Positions 39,309-44,064 of a stretch of DNA of 44,064 bases are shown here, piece by piece. Positions within the stretch are counted from its first letter, which is position 1, and each line of letters starts with the position of its first letter. The stretch is from a virus (taxonomy: Duplodnaviria > Heunggongvirae > Uroviricota > Caudoviricetes). The stretch lies in IMG/VR virus record IMGVR_UViG_2690316161_000025, one strand, 5' to 3'. The notes below the pieces were generated by a model that did not search any database, was not told the DNA's origin, and worked only from the letters and a program-made list of their open reading frames with translations. The translations under genes were made by a program, and so were the position numbers.

Positions 39309-40142
39309 ACGGTAAACAAGGCTGGTAACGCTGTTCAGCGTTCTGGCGATACAATGACCGGAAAACTGAATCTACCACAGACATCTGCATTCGGCGTTGA
39401 TACCGATAATGCACTGGGTGGTAATTCCATTACTCTCGGAGATAACGACACTGGTATTAAACAGGGCGGAGACGGTGTCCTTTTATTCTATTCAAATGGA
39501 CAACTGGCATTTGGGCTTCAACCCGCATCTGCTGATTTTTATAAGCGGGTTGCATACATTCCTCAGGGAATAATTCCTGATGGAAGTGGCGCATTTGCAG
39601 ACCAGTTGAATAATGCCACCGCGCCTTTTGTTCAGACGCAGTTTGCCTGGAATCCCACTCCTGGTGGTCATTACGTGCCGATAGTTAAGGGCTTGTCCAT
39701 TCGCAATGGACAGGGCTATCCCGGCGCGGTCAGCTTTGGTTATTTGCTGACAGAACAGTATGGATTTCCGGTTCCATGTATTCATATGCGTGGCGATGGC
39801 GGTAATGATGCTTTATGGCAGTTTAACCCGAACGATAAATCTTTTATTTCACCGGGTGCTCTTGTTGCGGGTGGCATCATTTATAACACCGATGGAAATA
39901 TATTTGGCGGGTGTTGGGGTTCAAATTTAGCTGATTATCTCAATAGCACATATGTAAGAGACATTCGACTTGGTAGCGCAGAATCAATATCAGCATGGCG
40001 AGGCCCTGGTTACTGGGATACTTCTGGATATGTTCTGACCGCAGCCGGAAACAGCAACACCGATGAATTTATTGATACATTAACCAGAAGGCCTATTCAG
40101 AAGTTGATTGGTGGGACATATTATAACGTTGTGAGTATTTGA
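39289..40142 (+). CDS. S: Sv variable part of tail fibre S (copy 2), no upstream constant part or start
   Basis: Identical to 31169-32022; frame enters from pqiA-antisense sequence. Confidence 0.7.
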
Positions 40143-40143
40143 C

Positions 40144-40671
40144 ATGATGCATTTAAAAAACATTAAAGCAGGGAACCCCAAAACACCTGAACAATACCAG
40201 TTAACCAAAAAAGCTGGAGTGGTCTGGCTTTATACTGAAGATGGTAAAAACTGGTACGAAGAACAAAAAAACTTTCAACCAGATACTATAAAAATTGCAT
40301 ACGATAAAAATAATGTGATTGTTACCGTAAGCAAAGATGTTTCAACTATTAACCCGGAAGGTTTAAGTGTTGTTGAAGTATCCGATATTACGGCAAATCG
40401 TCGCGCAGACAATAACGGAAACTGGATGTTTCTGGATGGTAAAGTAGTAAAGCGGGAATATACAAAACAGGAGCTGCAACAGCAGGCAGAGTTACAAAAA
40501 GCCGCTTTGCTTTCCGAAGCGGAGTCTGTGATTCAACCGCTGGAACGTGCTGTCAGGCTGAATATGGCAACTAATGAGGAACGCGCACGACTGGAGTCAT
40601 GGGAACGCTACAGTGTTCTGGTCAGCCGTGTGGATACGGCAAATCCTGAATGGCCACAAAAGCCTGAATAA
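40144..40671 (+). CDS. U: Tail fibre assembly protein U (copy 2)
   Basis: Identical to 32024-32551. Confidence 0.85.
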   Translation: MMHLKNIKAGNPKTPEQYQLTKKAGVVWLYTEDGKNWYEEQKNFQPDTIKIAYDKNNVIVTVSKDVSTINPEGLSVVEVSDITANRRADNNGNWMFLDGKVVKREYTKQELQQQAELQKAALLSEAESVIQPLERAVRLNMATNEERARLESWERYSVLVSRVDTANPEWPQKPE

Positions 40672-40699
40672 AAATTAAGGCCCGATAGCGGGCCTTGTC

Positions 40700-41233
40700 T
40701 CATTCTGGTTGTTCCGGGAATGTTACAGGAAGAACAGAGGTATCTGTGGCATCAACCTGCTGCATGTATAACATCCAGTTAATGAGTCTTTGCCTGTCTG
40801 AATCGCTGATAATTCCCAGCGCAAGCTGTGTTTGCCAGCACTGCGTTTCCTCTCTGGCCTGTCGCAGCAAAATCTGTTTCTGAATTTCAGCCAGTTGACG
40901 TAGTTCTTCATCAGTCCGGGGGCGTTTCATGACCTTGCCATCCTGAAACACCCAGTCACCGAGAATATCGGCCCGGCGATTCGCTGTCGTGTCGGGTAAT
41001 TCGACAACGCTCATTCCTTCCGGGTTAATAGACGACACATCTTTTTCAATATAGCGAATGATACCTCTGTCATCGTAAGCGATTTTTAGTGTGTCTGCCT
41101 GAAAGGCTTTTTGTGCCTCATACCAGTTCTTACCATCTTCAGCGTAAAGCCAGATAACTCCGTGTTTCTTTGTTAACTCATACTGTTCCAGTGTTTTAGC
41201 GTTACCCGCTTTTATGTTCTTTAAGTGCATCAT
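40700..41233 (-). CDS. U': U' (copy 2)
   Basis: Identical to 32580-33113. Confidence 0.85.
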   Translation of the reverse strand: MMHLKNIKAGNAKTLEQYELTKKHGVIWLYAEDGKNWYEAQKAFQADTLKIAYDDRGIIRYIEKDVSSINPEGMSVVELPDTTANRRADILGDWVFQDGKVMKRPRTDEELRQLAEIQKQILLRQAREETQCWQTQLALGIISDSDRQRLINWMLYMQQVDATDTSVLPVTFPEQPE

Positions 41234-41234
41234 A

Positions 41235-42482
41235 TTAAACGCTCGCTACATTATACCAGGTGCCATTTATATACTTTTGAACGGGTCTGTAATAAACGCC
41301 CGCTATATTATCGGCAGAGTTGGACCCTGTATCCTGAACATTAATACCAGACAATACATGACCTGACGGGCACTGGAAATTCCATGTTTGCCAGTTGTTC
41401 ACACCATGATATTGCTGTGAACCAAGACGAACATCTTTCACATAGCGGGAATCAAAATTCCCCCAGTTGCTGGGTTGTATCTGACCGTTAACAGCAAATA
41501 TCACCGAGTTATCTGTATTTCGCTGACTATAGAAATGCCAGCCTGAATCATCACCAAGCTCTGCAACAGTTGGTCTTGACGAATTTCCCCACAAGCTAAA
41601 TGATGCATTACGGGCAGCGGTATTTGCACTTGAAAGTGTGAAGAACTTACTTTCCCCAGCCTGAATACCCTTTAATGATCTTGCTGAACCATTTATAAAG
41701 CGGAATACATGCACACCATTAGCATAAGCATCCAGCACCCCATCACCATTTTGTTTAAACCCGGTATCGTTATCTCCTAAAACTATTGAATTTCCACCCA
41801 GGGCATTAGCCGTTCCAATCCCCAGATTTCCGCTAAAAATGGCATTAATACCGAGTATTGAGTGAGAACAATAAAACCCTCGCCCATTGTTAAAATCCAG
41901 AATGGCTTGTGCGTTCGTGCTTTCTGTCGCGGGATTAGTTGCTCCCCACTTATATGTTGTTTGACCGACAGTATAATCCTGAGTTGGAACAATAACCGTT
42001 AGCCCTTCTTCAGCAGAAACCCGCACAGGAAAAGCCCTGCCTTCAACGTAAAAAACGCTGCATACATCATCTTCTTTAAGGCTTGTTACAATGGAATGGA
42101 TTGCGCGCTCATTAGTCTGATACGTCGAAAAATAACCTGCCGCATATGAACCACGATCAGTCCAGCCACCAGGCATTACCATTCCATTGAATTCGCAGTT
42201 ATTCATTGCGTAATCACTACTGGCACATGTGGTCGTTATAATCACTCTGGAAGCCAGCTCGCCAGTGCCGCCTGTGGAACGCCGGAAAATAACTGGATAC
42301 CACTTTCCACCAATTGCATTAGACGGCGCATTAAATGCGTACTGCCGCATTCCTTTTTTCTTATCCACCTCGCCTTTGCTGTAAACATTAATGTTACTCA
42401 GGAAGCGATCCTTATCAGGAATATCCGCGCCGTTCTGGTTTTTCTGTAATGCGCCAGAAGCCTGATTTACCGTTTCCTGCAA
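41235..42482 (-). CDS. S': S'v (copy 2)
   Basis: Identical to 33115-34362. Confidence 0.8.
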   Translation of the reverse strand: MQETVNQASGALQKNQNGADIPDKDRFLSNINVYSKGEVDKKKGMRQYAFNAPSNAIGGKWYPVIFRRSTGGTGELASRVIITTTCASSDYAMNNCEFNGMVMPGGWTDRGSYAAGYFSTYQTNERAIHSIVTSLKEDDVCSVFYVEGRAFPVRVSAEEGLTVIVPTQDYTVGQTTYKWGATNPATESTNAQAILDFNNGRGFYCSHSILGINAIFSGNLGIGTANALGGNSIVLGDNDTGFKQNGDGVLDAYANGVHVFRFINGSARSLKGIQAGESKFFTLSSANTAARNASFSLWGNSSRPTVAELGDDSGWHFYSQRNTDNSVIFAVNGQIQPSNWGNFDSRYVKDVRLGSQQYHGVNNWQTWNFQCPSGHVLSGINVQDTGSNSADNIAGVYYRPVQKYINGTWYNVASV

Positions 42483-42500
42483 ACCGAGGTTTTAGATAAT
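42475..42500. other. gixR (copy 2)
   Basis: Identical to 34355-34380. Confidence 0.8.
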
Positions 42501-42553
42501 GGCTGTTTCCGGCCTGCATGGCATGATTTGCGCTTTTAAACGGGAGATCCAGA

Positions 42554-43147
42554 GTGCTGATTGGCTATGTAAGGGTATCAACAAATGACCAGAATACAGA
42601 CCTGCAACGAAACGCTCTTGTTTGTGCAGGATGTGAACAAATATTTGAAGATAAATTAAGCGGAACAAGGACAGACAGACCTGGATTAAAACGCGCTTTA
42701 AAGCGCCTTCAAAAAGGTGACACACTTGTTGTCTGGAAACTGGATCGCCTCGGGCGAAGCATGAAACATTTGATTTCTCTCGTAGGGGAATTACGAGAGC
42801 GAGGGATTAATTTTCGCAGTCTTACTGACAGTATTGATACGTCATCTCCAATGGGGCGTTTTTTCTTCCACGTTATGGGTGCCCTGGCTGAGATGGAACG
42901 AGAACTAATCATCGAGCGAACGATGGCTGGACTTGCTGCCGCCAGAAATAAAGGCCGTATTGGTGGGCGACCACCTAAACTAACCAAAGCGGAATGGGAG
43001 CAGGCCGGGCGTTTATTAGCACAAGGAATCCCCCGCAAGCAGGTTGCATTGATCTACGATGTGGCCCTGTCAACTCTGTATAAAAAACACCCCGCGAAAC
43101 GAACGCATATAGAAAACGACGATCGAATCAATCAAATCGATCGGTAA
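42554..43147 (+). CDS. gin: Gin serine recombinase (copy 2)
   Basis: Identical to 34434-35027. Confidence 0.95.
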   Translation: MLIGYVRVSTNDQNTDLQRNALVCAGCEQIFEDKLSGTRTDRPGLKRALKRLQKGDTLVVWKLDRLGRSMKHLISLVGELRERGINFRSLTDSIDTSSPMGRFFFHVMGALAEMERELIIERTMAGLAAARNKGRIGGRPPKLTKAEWEQAGRLLAQGIPRKQVALIYDVALSTLYKKHPAKRTHIENDDRINQIDR

Positions 43148-43229
43148 TACAGATCGATTATGTCTCAATAACCACACTCAACCCATGATGTTTTTTAAGA
43201 TAGTGGCGAATTGATGCAAAGGAGGTGAG

Positions 43230-43418
43230 ATGAAATCAATTCGCTGTAAAAACTGCAACAAACTGTTATTTAAGGCGGATTCCTTTGATCACATTGAAAT
43301 CAGGTGTCCGCGTTGCAAACGTCACATCATAATGCTGAATGCCTGCGAGCATCCCATGGAGAAACATTGTGGGAAAAGAGAAAAAATCACGCATTCTGAC
43401 GAAACCGTGCGTTATTGA
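43230..43418 (+). CDS. com: Com (copy 2)
   Basis: Identical to 35110-35298. Confidence 0.9.
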   Translation: MKSIRCKNCNKLLFKADSFDHIEIRCPRCKRHIIMLNACEHPMEKHCGKREKITHSDETVRY

Positions 43419-44064
43419 GTATGAAGGCCAGATTGTTGGCTATGGTTCAAAGGAGCTGCGCGTTGAAACCATATCTTGCTGGCTGGCCCGCACAATTATT
43501 CAGACAAAGCACTATTCCCGCCGTTTTGTGAATAACTCTTACCTCCACCTGGGAGTATTCAGCGGACGCGATCTGGTTGGCGTTCTCCAGTGGGGATATG
43601 CCCTTAACCCCAACTCAGGTCGTCGTGTCGTGCTTGAAACGGATAACCGGGGCTATATGGAGTTGAACCGCATGTGGCTACACGACGACATGCCCCGCAA
43701 CTCTGAATCACGGGCCATCAGTTATGCACTGAAAACCATAAGGTTACTGTATCCGTCAGTGGAGTGGGTTCAGTCTTTTGCAGACGAACGCTGCGGACGT
43801 GCTGGCGTTGTGTATCAGGCGTCAAATTTTGATTTTATTGGCAGCCATGAAAGCACGTTCTACGAGCTGGATGGTGAGTGGTATCACGAGATAACGATGA
43901 ACGCGATTAAACGCGGTGGACAACGAGGCGTGTATTTACGGGCTAATAAAGAGCGTGCCGTGGTGCACAAATTTAATCAGTATCGCTACATCAGGTTCCT
44001 GAACAAGCGAGCAAGGAAGCGACTAAATACCAAGCTATTCAAGGTTCAGCCATACCCTAAGTGA
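43339..44064 (+). CDS. mom: Mom (copy 2); window ends at its stop codon
   Basis: Identical to 35219-35944. Confidence 0.85.
   Translation: MPASIPWRNIVGKEKKSRILTKPCVIEYEGQIVGYGSKELRVETISCWLARTIIQTKHYSRRFVNNSYLHLGVFSGRDLVGVLQWGYALNPNSGRRVVLETDNRGYMELNRMWLHDDMPRNSESRAISYALKTIRLLYPSVEWVQSFADERCGRAGVVYQASNFDFIGSHESTFYELDGEWYHEITMNAIKRGGQRGVYLRANKERAVVHKFNQYRYIRFLNKRARKRLNTKLFKVQPYPK

Larger units (their letters stand above)
39289..44064 (+). repeat. Second, base-identical copy of Mu right arm (G segment, gin, com, mom), offset 8,120 bp from copy 1; runs off window end
   Basis: Spot-checked segments and all ORF translations identical to 31169-35944. Confidence 0.9.

Noticed and set aside
39289-44064. 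Interpretation of the second Mu segment as an independent second prophage
   Set aside because: It begins in the middle of the S gene at a gix site with no left end, early or structural genes, and is joined directly to pqiA; it is a partial duplicate, not a separate insertion.
1-44064. CRISPR arrays, tRNA or rRNA genes
   Set aside because: No short direct-repeat/spacer arrays and no cloverleaf-like or rRNA-like segments noticed; the only large repeat is the duplicated Mu right arm.

Overview
Almost the whole window is a bacteriophage Mu prophage, one of the best-characterised transposable phages, so I do not see a wholly undescribed system here. The window opens at the ner start codon; Mu's left end, c repressor and operators lie upstream. 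The Mu right terminus (...CGTTTTTCGTGCGCCGCTTCA) ends at 36059. In between, gene order is canonical: ner-A-B, a semi-essential early block (kil, gam and small unknown ORFs), gemA-mor, a middle operon ending in C, the lysis cassette, head genes (D, E, H, F, G, I, T), tail and baseplate genes (L, M, Y, N, P, Q, V, W, R), tail fibre S-U, the invertible G segment with U' and S', then gin, com and mom. Host DNA follows with pqiC, pqiB and a 5'-truncated pqiA on the minus strand. The most unusual feature is at 39288/39289: pqiA is joined, inside a gix recombination site, to a second base-identical copy of the Mu G segment-gin-com-mom region that runs to the window end. This gives an 8,120-bp unit (31169-39288) that begins a second time; it could be a real Gin- or microhomology-mediated duplication or an assembly artefact. 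Secondary leads are an antisense ORF in the early operon, a 39-aa membrane peptide ORF in the middle operon, a CCCGCA motif shared upstream of three late operons, and the probable strong gyrase site in the G-I gap. No CRISPR, tRNA or rRNA was recognised. All protein identifications come from reading the ORF translations and recalled family knowledge; no database search was run.
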